From NCBI GenBank assembly GCA_046563655.1, contig CM102284.1, positions 7,750,001 through 7,814,000 on the forward strand: a stretch of DNA of 64,000 nt. The letters run 5' to 3'. The DNA comes from Yuukianura sp. NJ FZ-2021 (Eukaryota). The notes under the pieces are model-generated. The model ran no database searches and had not been told where the DNA came from. It saw only the letters and a program-made list of their open reading frames with translations. Numbering within the stretch: position 1 is the first letter of the stretch; every line of letters begins with the position of its first letter. A program made the translations under genes and the position numbers. Of this stretch, positions 1-10,316 are shown one piece after another.

Positions 1-3000
1 CTTCAGATGGGCTTCCCGAGGCAAAATATCGGAGTGCAATTTTCAGCTCTCAGAAAGCTCAGAATGACTTTTTGGGGAGTTTTGTATGAAAAAATGAATT
101 TTTTGACAAAAATTGAGCTTAGTTCATTTCAGATGGGCTTTCCGAGGCAACATATCGGAGTGCAATTTTCAGTTCTCAGAAAGCTCAGAATGACTTTTTG
201 GGGAGTTTTGTATGAAAAAATGAATTTTTTGACAAAAATTGAGCTTGGTTCATTTCAGATGGGCTTTCCGAGGCAACATATCGGAGTGCAATTTTCAGTT
301 CTCAGAAAGCTCAGAATGACTTTTTGGGGAGTTTTGTATGAAAAACATGAATTTGTTGGCAAAAATTGAGCTTGGTTCATTTCAGATGGGCTTTCCGAGG
401 CAACATATCGGAGTGCAATTTTCAGTTCTCAGAAAGCTCAGAATGACTTTTTGGGAGTTTTGTATGAAAAACATGAATTTTTTGACACAAATTGAGCTTG
501 GTTTACTTCAGATGGGCTTTCCGTGGCAAAATATCGGAGTGCAATTTTCAGTACTCAGAAAGCTCAGAATGAATTTTTGGGGAGTTTTGTATGAAAAAAA
601 TGAATTTTTTGACAAAAATTGAGCTTGGTTCACTTCAGATGAGCGTTCAGAGACAAAATATCGGAGTGCAATTTTCAGTTCTCAGAAAGCTCAGAATGAC
701 TTTTTAGGGAGTTTTGTATGAGAAAAAATGAATTTTTTGACAAAAATTGAGCTTGGTTCACTTCAGATGGGCTTCCCGAGGCAACATATCGGAGTGCAAT
801 TTTCAGTTCTCAGAAAGCTCAGAATGACTTTTTGGGGAGTTTTGTATGAAAAACATGAATTTGTTGGCAAAAATTGAGCTTGGTTCACTTCAGATGGGCG
901 TTCAGAGACAAAATATCGGAGTGCAATTTTCAGTTCTCAGAAAGCTCAGAATGACTTTTTAGGGAGTTTTGTATGAAAAAAAATGAATTTTTTGACAAAA
1001 ATTGAGCTTGGTTCACTTCAGATGTGCTTCCCGAGGCAACATATCGGAGTGCAATTTTCAGTTCTCAGAAAGCTCAGAATGACTTTTTGGGGAGTTTTGT
1101 ATGAAAAACATGAATTTGTTGGCAAAAATTGAGCTTGGTTCATTTCAGATGGGCTCTCCGAAGCAAAATATTGGAGTGCAATTTTCAGTTCTCAGAAAGC
1201 TCAGAATGACTTTTTGAGGAGTTTTGAATGAAAAAAAAATTAATTTTTTGACAAAAATTGAGCTTGGTTCATTTCACATGGGCTTTCCGAGGCAAAATAT
1301 CAGAGTGCAATTTTCAGCTCTCAGAAGGCTCAGAATGACTTTTTGGGGAGTTTTCAATGAAACAAATGATTTTTTTGACAAAAATTGAGCTTGGTTCACT
1401 TCAGATGGGCTTTCCGAGGCAAAATATCGGAGTGCAATTTTCAGCTCTCAGAAAGCTCAGAATGACTTTTTGGGGAGTTTTGTATGAAAAAATGAATTTT
1501 TTGACAAAAATTGAGCTTAGTTCATTTCAGATGGGCTTTCCGAGGCAACATATCGGAGTGCAATTTTCAGTTCTCAGAAAGCTCAGAATGACTTTTTGGG
1601 GAGTTTTGTATGAAAAAAATGAATTTTTTGACAAAAATTGAGCTTGGTTCATTTCAGATGGGCTTTCCGAGGCAACATATCGGAGTGCAATTTTCAGTTC
1701 TCAGAAAGCTCAGAATGACTTTTTGGGGAGTTTTGTATGAAAAACATGAATTTGTTGGCAAAAATTGAGCTTGGTTCATTTCAGATGGGCTTTCCGAGGC
1801 AACATATCGGAGTGCAATTTTCAGTTCTCAGAAAGCTCAGAATGACTTTTTGGGAGTTTTGTATGAAAAACATGAATTTTTTGACACAAATTGAGCTTGG
1901 TTTACTTCAGATGGGCTTTCCGTGGCAAAATATCGGAGTGCAATTTTCAGTACTCAGAAAGCTCAGAATGAATTTTTGGGGAGTTTTGTATGAAAAAAAT
2001 GAATTTTTTGACAAAAATTGAGCTTGGTTCACTTCAGATGGGCGTTCAGAGACAAAATATCGGAGTGCAATTTTCAGTTCTCAGAAAGCTCAGAATGACT
2101 TTTTAGGGAGTTTTGTATGAGAAAAAATGAATTTTTTGACAAAAATTGAGCTTGGTTCACTTCAGATGGGCTTCCCGAGGCAACATATCGGAGTGCAATT
2201 TTCAGTTCTCAGAAAGCTCAGAATGACTTTTTGGGGAGTTTTGTATGAAAAACATGAATTTGTTGGCAAAAATTGAGCTTGGTTCACTTCAGATGGGCGT
2301 TCAGAGACAAAATATCGGAGTGCAATTTTCAGTTCTCAGAAAGCTCAGAATGACTTTTTAGGGAGTTTTGAATGAAAAAATGAATTTTTTGACAAAAATT
2401 GAGCTTGGTTCACTTCAGATGTGCTTCCCGAGGCAACATATCGGAGTGCAATTTTCAGTTCTCAGAAAGCTCAGAATGACTTTTTGGGGAGTTTTGTATG
2501 AAAAACATGAATTTGTTGGCAAAAATTGAGCTTGGTTCATTTCAGATGGGCTTTCCGAGGCAACATATCGGAGTGCAATTTTCAGTTCTCAGAAAGCTCA
2601 GAATGACTTTTTGGGGAGTTTTGTATGAAAAAAAATGAATTTTTTGACAAAAATTGAGCTTGGTTCATTTCACATGGGCTTTCCGAGGCAACATATCGGA
2701 GTGCAATTTTCAGTTCTCAGAAAGCTCAGAATGACTTTTTGGGGAGTTTTGTATGAAAAAATGAATTTTTTGACAAAAATTGAGCTTGGTTCACTTCAGA
2801 TGGGCTTCCCGAGGCAAAATATCGGAGTGCAATTTTCAGTTCTCAGAAAGCTCAGAATGACTTTTTGGGGAGTTTTGTATGAAAAAATGAATTTTTTGAC
2901 AAAAATTGAGCTTAGTTCATTTCAGATGGGCTTTCCGAGGCAACATATCGGAGTGCAATTTTCAGTTCTCAGAAAGCTCAGAATGACTTTTTGGGGAGTT

Positions 3001-3352
3001 TTGTATGAAAAAAATGAATTTTTTGACAAAAATTGAGCTTGGTTCATTTCAGATGGGCTTTCCGAGGCAACATATCGGAGTGCAATTTTCAGTTCTCAGA
3101 AAGCTCAGAATGACTTTTTGGGGAGTTTTGTATGAAAAACATGAATTTGTTGGCAAAAATTGAGCTTGGTTCATTTCAGATGGGCTTTCCGAGGCAACAT
3201 ATCGGAGTGCAATTTTCAGTTCTCAGAAAGCTCAGAATGACTTTTTGGGAGTTTTGTATGAAAAACATGAATTTTTTGACACAAATTGAGCTTGGTTTAC
3301 TTCAGATGGGCTTTCCGTGGCAAAATATCGGAGTGCAATTTTCAGTACTCAG
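1..3352 (+). repeat. ~127-bp tandem satellite DNA array (segment 1)
   Basis: Head-to-tail monomer AAAATTGAGCTTGGTTCAYTTCAGATGGGCTTYCCGAGGCAAMATATCGGAGTGCAATTTTCAGTTCTCAGAAAGCTCAGAATGACTTTTTGGGGAGTTTTGTATGA(n)TGAATTTTTTGACA. Length is 126-129 bp depending on the A-run. An identical variant block recurs at 338, 1737 and 3132 (~1.4 kb = 11 monomers). Confidence 0.98.
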
Positions 3353-3937
3353 TGAGGGAAAGCTCGGAGGTGAACTCCCCAACGGGCCGACTCGCGGTCA
3401 CCCGAGAACGTCTGACGACGGAAATAAAGGGGCAGGGGGTCACGGGAGCTGTTAGAATATGATTAGTAATTTATTGAACGGACAAATGATACAGTTACGG
3501 CCAATTTTGTAGTAGTAGGAGAGATGAGCGTTCCTGGTCGGATCAACCAGGTATTCCTGGTCTGTCCAGGAAGTCCAGTGGGGGTGAATCGAGGTCAAAT
3601 CCGGGTCAATAGAGGCAGTAGCGGGTCCAGACACGAAGAAAGAAGATGGCTGCTACTGGGAACTGGAGTGACGAGGTCTTCTCCTTGTGAGATGTTGTGG
3701 ACGACTGTGTCCAGAGAAGATGGAGGAGGAAGAAGATGAAACTGCCAGAAGGAGCTGGGGGAAGTTGCTGATGCAATCCTCGGCGACTGTGATTGGCTGC
3801 TGAGTGGACTGGTGTTCTGGCGTCTCCGGAACTGCAGGGGGACAAGAGGGATTGTTGTGCTGCTATTGTTGAGTGGAGCGGAGGAGGACGAGGGAGCCGT
3901 ATAGGCTTTGAGAGGGGTTTGGGGATACCTCCCCACA
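3353..3937 (-). repeat. 3' LTR (585 bp)
   Basis: On the minus strand it reads TGTGGGGAGG...TTCCCTCA and is nearly identical to 15117-16254 once the TRIM is removed. AATAAA on the minus strand at 3470-3475. Confidence 0.95.
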
Positions 3938-4003
3938 GATTCCCAGCGATCAAGGGAGCCGCCACGGCGACAAACCGAGGAACTCCGAAGCGATTCGGGG
4001 AAG

Positions 4004-5239
4004 CTACTGAGATGGTGGAGGGGGATCCTTGGGATGATTTTTCTTTGGTGGTGGGGGACAATTCGCAGAGTTCTCTGCCCACCAACGAGCACGTCGCTGT
4101 TGCCGATTCGGGGCTGGGGGGAAACGTCCTTGTGCAGGAGCTTGGGGAAAACGTCCTTGTGCAGGAGCTTGGGGAAAACGTCCTTGTGCAGGAGCTGGGG
4201 GAACTGGAGCAGCGTTTGAAGGGTCCTGGGGGTTATTCCACGTGACGGTGACTGACGTTGCGCTGGCTGGAACGTATGCGTGGATGGGGATCAGTCCAGG
4301 GGGAACATTCGTTGACTGGAACGTGGAGCTGGAAGCTGCTGCTGAGATGGGGATAGTGATGGAACCGGAAGTGGCTGCTGGAACTGATGATGTGGCTTGG
4401 GGAACTCCTTGTGCTGGGGAAACTGCTTGTGCTGAGGAAGATGATGAAGAGGAATTCGAATTTGGGCGGGAATTTGAGGAATGTGGCCGAATTGATGATG
4501 CTGGAGCCGAATTTTGAGCCAATGGGGGACGAGTAGGATACGGAGCTGGACGAATTGGCCGAGTTAGGATCCGAATTGGTTGAGCCGAGGGGGTAGAGTT
4601 GCGGGATCCAGAATTTTGGGGGGTTTGAGTGTTCAGAGTGACTTTTGACATGTCACGAGCCAAGACGGAGAGGGAACCAGATCCAGAAGTACCAGCTTGA
4701 GGAGGTTTTGGGGGTCCATCCGGGAACTTCAAATCCATAAGCGGGACGACCTTGGCTGCAGCAGACTTCTGGACTTGCGGATTGGATTTCGTCGCAGGAG
4801 CAGAGGGACGACGAAACATCGGTGAATTTTGGGACGAGGGGGGAATCACAACGACCGAAGCAAGCTTTGGACGAGTGACTGGGGGAATAACCATCTCCTG
4901 AAGGCTCTTCTGAGGGGAACGGTGGTTGAAACTGCCAGAGCTATGGGGGGACTGACGATCCAGCTTCTTCGGCGATTTTGGCGGGGATGGAGGAGCGAGC
5001 GGCATGTCCCAATCATCCGGAATCGGATCCACTTGACGCGGAGTAATCGGCGCAGCGATGACAGTCGTAGGGGGCGAAGAAGACGAAGACGGAGATGAGG
5101 AAGAAGAGCCAGGAGAAGCAGTATCACGCGGAGGTGGAGAATTCAGCAGTTCATCTTCAGCGGCCAAGTCTATTTCCGCAATTCCCTCAGAAGCATCATC
5201 CTCTCCTTGTTCCATCAAATCCTCCGGTGGTTGGTCCAT
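4004..5239 (-). CDS. Third (env-position) ORF of the gypsy element, Pro/Ser-rich and predicted disordered, ~411 aa, not env-like
   Basis: Long open frame between pol and the 3' LTR. The ATG (MDQPPEDL) lies 1 nt after a polypyrimidine-CAG splice acceptor (tgttttttatgattttcag|G ATG, AG at 5241-5242). No signal peptide or TM segment is visible. Confidence 0.7.
   Translation of the reverse strand: MDQPPEDLMEQGEDDASEGIAEIDLAAEDELLNSPPPRDTASPGSSSSSPSSSSSPPTTVIAAPITPRQVDPIPDDWDMPLAPPSPPKSPKKLDRQSPHSSGSFNHRSPQKSLQEMVIPPVTRPKLASVVVIPPSSQNSPMFRRPSAPATKSNPQVQKSAAAKVVPLMDLKFPDGPPKPPQAGTSGSGSLSVLARDMSKVTLNTQTPQNSGSRNSTPSAQPIRILTRPIRPAPYPTRPPLAQNSAPASSIRPHSSNSRPNSNSSSSSSSAQAVSPAQGVPQATSSVPAATSGSITIPISAAASSSTFQSTNVPPGLIPIHAYVPASATSVTVTWNNPQDPSNAAPVPPAPAQGRFPQAPAQGRFPQAPAQGRFPPAPNRQQRRARWWAENSANCPPPPKKNHPKDPPPPSQ
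4113..4203. repeat. 27-bp in-frame minisatellite (3.3 copies) within ORF3
   Basis: GCTTGGGGAAAACGTCCTTGTGCAGGA x3, encoding (Q/P)APAQGRFP repeats on the minus strand. Confidence 0.9.
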
Positions 5240-5287
5240 CCTGAAAATCATAAAAAACACAGTATGAGTATTAAATAAAACACTCAG

Positions 5288-8200
5288 TCAGCGCTTTTTA
5301 GGTTTTGTAAGGCGGGAAATTAATGACAGAGCTTTTGTACGTGCCGCGCGCATTGGTTGAGCAGAAATCGCGGGATTTACGCTGGCAGGGGCGCAAATTA
5401 CGGGGTTTTCGCTCGCAACAGGGAGCAGGGAATCCTGTGCGGGTAAAACTGGTGGAACTGGTATTTCTGGGGCGGGGCTTTCTGGGGAAGCATTTTCGAC
5501 ATCATTTTGGGGATCAAAATTTGGGGTCAACTCGGGAAGCGTAAAAGGGCTAATTTCGGGATCTTCAGGGGGCAAACTCGGAATTTCAAGGGGAATTGGA
5601 TCGGGGGTAACTTCTGGAGCCTGTAACGACTGAGGGGTGTCAAAATCATCGTCAGACGACTCACGGGAACTACTGTCAAAATCAGAAACATCATAAAGAC
5701 GCTGGTGGTAAGGTTTTAATCGTTGTACGTTAACGACTGTCTCGTGAGGTTTTCGAGGGGGGACCGAAGATACACGAACAGTTCCATTTGCAAGGACGTC
5801 AATGACCTTGTAAGGGCCAATCCATTTCTTAGTGAACTTCCCGACGTGACCTTTTTTCCTTTGAAAGTTCTGGAGTAGAACTTTCATACCAGCAACGTAG
5901 GTGGGGAAACGAATCTGCATTTGAGCTTTTACTCGTAAGAGCTGTTGCTCACGAGACAACTCATGGGCTACGTTGTTGGCGATGAATAATCTGTCAAAAG
6001 GATCATTAGGGGTCAAATAATCTTGGGGAAGGGGAAACAACTTGTCTACCGGCAAAACCGGCTCCCGACCAAAGACAAGAAAATATGGGGAGAAATTAGT
6101 TACCCGATGTACTGAACAATTTACGGAGAAAACTGCTTTGGGAAGGTGGAGATCCCAATCTTTATGGTTTTCACTTACGAATTTGGCGATGACAGATTTT
6201 ACCGTTCCGTTATGTCTCTCACAGACACCGTTTGACTTGGGATTATAGGCAGTCGTAGAACGGTGGTCAATGGAATGGAGGGCAAGGAAATCCTCAAACT
6301 CTTCGGACTGAAAAACCGTGCCACGGTCTGAGAGAATCATCTTGGGAATACCATGACGATACAGGACGTGTTTGGTAAGGACTTTGATCGCTTGAGCAGA
6401 ATCTGCTGAGGGAACGGGCCAAGCTTCAACGTAACGGGTATGGAGGTCAACTATGGTAAGGATATAGGTATTTCTCCTCGCTGTGATGGGAAATGGACCA
6501 AGGTAATCCACAGCAAGTGCGTTAAAGGGAATGGCGGGAACGTCAAGGCCAACGCTATTAGGGGGAAGAGCAAAGTTCCGTCGATTATGTACTTGACACA
6601 AGTGGCAAGATGTGACAAATTTGACTAAGTCACGGTACATCCGGGGCCAATAAAACCGGGAACGAAGGAGATGCCAGGATTTGTGTAGTCCAAGGTGACT
6701 AAGGGAATCATTGTGGACGGATTCCATGGAGGATTTTCTGAGGGACTTAGGAAGACAAAGACGCCAAAGGTTACCAAATTCTGAGTAGTTCATTTTGTAC
6801 AAAACTCCATCACGCAGACTAAATTCGCTCAACTTTTTCGGTTCCGCTAAGGAGTGGGGTTTACCTAGCTGCTCTGCTTTTAAGTACTCAATTAGGGGTA
6901 GCCATTCTGGCTCTTTAAGTTGGAGTTCCTTCACCTTTGACTCACGAACTTTCCGGGGAGCTTCAGGGGAAACTGCTAAGGACAGAAGATGATGTTCAAT
7001 GGCCAAATGGTCTGTGTCGGAAGGGGCGGGGTCAACGGGGTTTCGGGAAAGCGGGTCCGCATCCGTGTGGATACGGCCACTCTTATGGACAACTGTAAAG
7101 TCGTAGGGCTGGAGGGCTAAGGACCAACGGGAAATTTGGCCATAAGGGTCTTTGAATTTTAGCATGTCACAGAGGGAATGGTGGTCTGTGACAACTTTAA
7201 AATGACGCCCGTATAAATACGGACGAAATTTCTCGACAGCCCAAACAAACGCTTTCATTTCCAATTGGGGGGTCCCAAACTTCGACTCGGAGGGGGAAAG
7301 AGCTCGCGAAGCAAAAGCTACAACTCTCTCTACACCATCTTGAATTTGACAAAGCGTTGCTCCGAAACCAAGTCCAGACGCATCACAATGGACGGACGTC
7401 TCTGCTTCTTCGTCGGGAAACGCTAGGACTGGGGGAGAAGTCAACTTGTCTTTCAAAGTTTGGAACGCTACCTCGGCTTCAGGGGTCCAGAAAAATGGGG
7501 TACCACGTTTTGTAGCTATTATAAGATGGAGGGGACGGGCAATTTCCGCGAAACCTTTAATAAACCTTCTGTAATAACTGCAAAGACCAACAAAGGAACG
7601 GACATTTTTAACAGTCGTGGGGGTAGGGAAATCACGAACTGCTTGGGTTTTCTGGGGATCAACTGCAATTCCTTCACGGGAGACAATGTGACCAAGGAAT
7701 TTCAAAGAATCTTCGGCAAAGTAACACTTTTTGGGTTTTAAACTGAGACCAGCTTTACGGAGAGCACAGAAAATCTGCGCTAAATGGTCCAAGTGTTCGT
7801 CAAAGGAACGGGAGTAACAAACGACATCGTCTAAGTAAACGAGTGCTATGGACCATTTTAAACGACCAAGGACATTGTCAATGAGACGCTGCCAAGTCGC
7901 TGGGGCATTGGTTAATCCAAAGGGCATGACAACGAATTCGTACTGTCCGTCGGGGGTAACGAAGCTGGTTTTCTCTCTGTCCTCGGGTTCCACCTCGACT
8001 TGGTAGTACGCCTGGTCACAATCCATTGAGGAAAAGTACTTGGCACCATTTAAACGATCCAGGGTGTCGTCTATTCGGGGGAGGGGATAGGAATCCTTTC
8101 TTGTCACTGCGTTGACTTTACGAAAGTCAACGCAAAACCGCCAACTTTCGTCGGGCTTTTTAACAAGAAGGACTGGGGAACACCAAGGGCTATCGCTGGG

Positions 8201-8500
8201 GGTAATCGCCTTAAGATCCAAAAGACGCTCGACTTGGTTTTGAATTTCTCTCCGCTCCGTGAAACCTGTTCTATGGGGATTGGATGCTATCGGTTTCGTA
8301 GTTCCTGTGTCAATTTTGTGGGTCGTTAAATGAGTACGGCCAAGAGTTGATGGATCGAAATTAAAAACATCCAAATTTGATACAAGAAAATCCTGCATCT
8401 TTTGGCGCTGTTCAGGGGTTAGGGTTTTGGAGATCTTAAACGCCTCAATCCTCTTTTGCAGTTTCAGAGACGCGATGTCATCCATCATCATCAACTGCAA
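5288..8500 (-). CDS. pol: Pol polyprotein, RT-RNase H-integrase part
   Basis: RT motifs (WRFCVDFRKVN, MPFGLTNAP, YLDD). RNase H (CDASG, TDHHSL, DADPLSR). Integrase HHCC (HNDSLSH...CHLC) and DDE (VDYLG, SDRG, ERHN). GPY/F motif (WIGPYKV). Confidence 0.96.
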   Translation of the reverse strand: MQLMMMDDIASLKLQKRIEAFKISKTLTPEQRQKMQDFLVSNLDVFNFDPSTLGRTHLTTHKIDTGTTKPIASNPHRTGFTERREIQNQVERLLDLKAITPSDSPWCSPVLLVKKPDESWRFCVDFRKVNAVTRKDSYPLPRIDDTLDRLNGAKYFSSMDCDQAYYQVEVEPEDREKTSFVTPDGQYEFVVMPFGLTNAPATWQRLIDNVLGRLKWSIALVYLDDVVCYSRSFDEHLDHLAQIFCALRKAGLSLKPKKCYFAEDSLKFLGHIVSREGIAVDPQKTQAVRDFPTPTTVKNVRSFVGLCSYYRRFIKGFAEIARPLHLIIATKRGTPFFWTPEAEVAFQTLKDKLTSPPVLAFPDEEAETSVHCDASGLGFGATLCQIQDGVERVVAFASRALSPSESKFGTPQLEMKAFVWAVEKFRPYLYGRHFKVVTDHHSLCDMLKFKDPYGQISRWSLALQPYDFTVVHKSGRIHTDADPLSRNPVDPAPSDTDHLAIEHHLLSLAVSPEAPRKVRESKVKELQLKEPEWLPLIEYLKAEQLGKPHSLAEPKKLSEFSLRDGVLYKMNYSEFGNLWRLCLPKSLRKSSMESVHNDSLSHLGLHKSWHLLRSRFYWPRMYRDLVKFVTSCHLCQVHNRRNFALPPNSVGLDVPAIPFNALAVDYLGPFPITARRNTYILTIVDLHTRYVEAWPVPSADSAQAIKVLTKHVLYRHGIPKMILSDRGTVFQSEEFEDFLALHSIDHRSTTAYNPKSNGVCERHNGTVKSVIAKFVSENHKDWDLHLPKAVFSVNCSVHRVTNFSPYFLVFGREPVLPVDKLFPLPQDYLTPNDPFDRLFIANNVAHELSREQQLLRVKAQMQIRFPTYVAGMKVLLQNFQRKKGHVGKFTKKWIGPYKVIDVLANGTVRVSSVPPRKPHETVVNVQRLKPYHQRLYDVSDFDSSSRESSDDDFDTPQSLQAPEVTPDPIPLEIPSLPPEDPEISPFTLPELTPNFDPQNDVENASPESPAPEIPVPPVLPAQDSLLPVASENPVICAPASVNPAISAQPMRAARTKALSLISRLTKPKKR

Positions 8501-10316
8501 GTCCGAGGATTTCGTGCGCTGGGAGGGGGGATTGGGAGAATTGGGAGCTCACATGACCGAATTCGTCTAGGTCACAGAGTACTGAGGACTCTGCGAAGGG
8601 TTCAAAGGTGCCTATGGAGATGTTTTGCAGAAGTTTAACTGGTCGGTCTCCCAAATTCCACAAGAAAGTAACTCCAGCACCATCCTTAAGGGTGGAAATA
8701 AAATTTCCAATGGCGATATGTTTTGCATACTGGAGCTCCTGACGAGGGGAAACAAGAACATCCCCGGTGAAAGGGAGATCTGTCTTGACGCTTACGCGTT
8801 TCATAGTTCTTGGGTTGATGATGATGGACCTGACCAGACGTAGGCACGGAGGGGGCGAAGATTTTTGTGACAAATTCGAGTTACTGACGAAGGAAACTTC
8901 AGAGTCAAGTAACGAAAGGGATTTAGGGGAATCAGACGAATTCTGGGTCATGTCATGAACTAGTTTAGGGGGATTGGCCGTACATGGGGGATTTGACACA
9001 GGTTCTGGATCCGACGCAATGGGAGAGCTGGGGGTATCTGAAACTTGTTCAGTTTCAGACAATGTTAATTTGTTTAGAACAGGGACTTGGGATTTGGGTA
9101 CACAGACATACTCATTTCTGAGGTCTGTGCAGGGGAGTTCACCTTTTACAAGGCGCTCGTTAGCGGGATCCAAGAGAAAACGTTCTGAACGGAGAAAGTC
9201 AGAACCCAAAACGATTTCATTTGAAAGGTGCTGGAAAATGTAGAACGGGTATTGGAATGGGACGCCGTCAATGGAGAAAGAAATCATTGTAGTCTGGGGG
9301 GAATTACAACGGACGTACGAACCAAAGGACAGTTTCACACGAACGGGTTCCACATCAACCGCTTGGGACACGATATTGGGTAATTTTCGGAGAAATTCGG
9401 GGTGGACACAACATAGGGAAGCACCTGTGTCACACAGGACTCGGAGGGTTTGGGTACCGAAGACTACATCAGTGTGGAACGTAGAATGTTGAGTAGAATG
9501 AATTTGGGACATGAATTTAGCCACTGAAATTCCCATAGGAAATTCGGACTCGGGGACTGGGGAATTAATTTGGGACTCATCAACGGGGGTTGTATCTGGG
9601 GTACTGGAATTTGCAGCTAGGATCTCTGGGGAACTATTAACCCAGTCAGCAGTTCTGCCTTGGATCGAGGGGGGATTTCCAAATTTTGAAGTGAGCGAAA
9701 CAGCTTTAGGATCTGGAGCAAAACGACAAATTTCGTCTTTGGGATCAGTTTTCGGATCATAGGGCCAATGAGCAGGGGGACCAACACAAACAGAAGCAGC
9801 TTTTGGAGCGGGAACGGAACATTGAACAAATATTTTCGGATCAGTAGCGTCAGTTTTCGGATCTGGAACACAAATAGGAGCAAGATTAGAACTAGGATAA
9901 ATTTTAGGAGCCGACTTAGGAGCAAAATTAATTTTAGGATCAGTTTTCGGAGCAAAATTAGGATCAGAATTAGGAACTATTGGAGCGTCAGAACAAGGAA
10001 CGGGGAACTTGGTTGTAAGGTTCCCAGCGATCAAAGGTGAAGTAGGGCTGGGATTACATTGGGAACATTTCTGCTGTTGGACAAAAAGAGTTTGCAATTT
10101 GGTAAAGAACTCTTCTAGGGAAAATGGACTTTGAAATTGGGGCTTCCTGCCAAAAGCCTTTAAATTTCTGTGGGTTTTGAAAGTTGGGGATTTGAATTTT
10201 CGATTATTGGAACGTTTGGGACAAGCTCTTATAGGAGCTGGGACCAAATTTTTAGGGATTGAATTGGGAGTTGGTAGAGGCTGTCGTCCCTGCAACGGCA
10301 GCTCTACTGGTTTTCC
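8478..10316 (-). CDS. pol: Pol polyprotein N-terminal part (long spacer + aspartic protease), in the -1 frame relative to gag
   Basis: Retropepsin motifs VLCDTGAS and IVLGSDFL. The frame is open back to the gag end. It joins the RT frame if one extra G in GATGATGATGGATGAC (8482-8483) is removed. Confidence 0.85.
   Translation of the reverse strand, partial: GKPVELPLQGRQPLPTPNSIPKNLVPAPIRACPKRSNNRKFKSPTFKTHRNLKAFGRKPQFQSPFSLEEFFTKLQTLFVQQQKCSQCNPSPTSPLIAGNLTTKFPVPCSDAPIVPNSDPNFAPKTDPKINFAPKSAPKIYPSSNLAPICVPDPKTDATDPKIFVQCSVPAPKAASVCVGPPAHWPYDPKTDPKDEICRFAPDPKAVSLTSKFGNPPSIQGRTADWVNSSPEILAANSSTPDTTPVDESQINSPVPESEFPMGISVAKFMSQIHSTQHSTFHTDVVFGTQTLRVLCDTGASLCCVHPEFLRKLPNIVSQAVDVEPVRVKLSFGSYVRCNSPQTTMISFSIDGVPFQYPFYIFQHLSNEIVLGSDFLRSERFLLDPANERLVKGELPCTDLRNEYVCVPKSQVPVLNKLTLSETEQVSDTPSSPIASDPEPVSNPPCTANPPKLVHDMTQNSSDSPKSLSLLDSEVSFVSNSNLSQKSSPPPCLRLVRSIIINPRTMKRVSVKTDLPFTGDVLVSPRQELQYAKHIAIGNFISTLKDGAGVTFLWNLGDRPVKLLQNISIGTFEPFAESSVLCDLDEFGHVSSQFSQSPLPAHEILGLAVDDDG
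10274..10316 (-). promoter_or_regulatory. Putative -1 programmed ribosomal frameshift signal (G_GAA_AAC + stem-loop)
   Basis: Heptamer GGAAAAC at 10310-10316, just before the gag TAG. It is followed by the hairpin GTAGAG-CTG-C-CGT/TGCAGGG/ACG-A-CAG-C-CTCTAC (10274-10307). The protease ORF is in the -1 frame. Confidence 0.65.

Noticed and set aside
4004-5260. env gene
   Set aside because: No signal peptide, furin site plus fusion peptide, cysteine pattern or C-terminal TM anchor.
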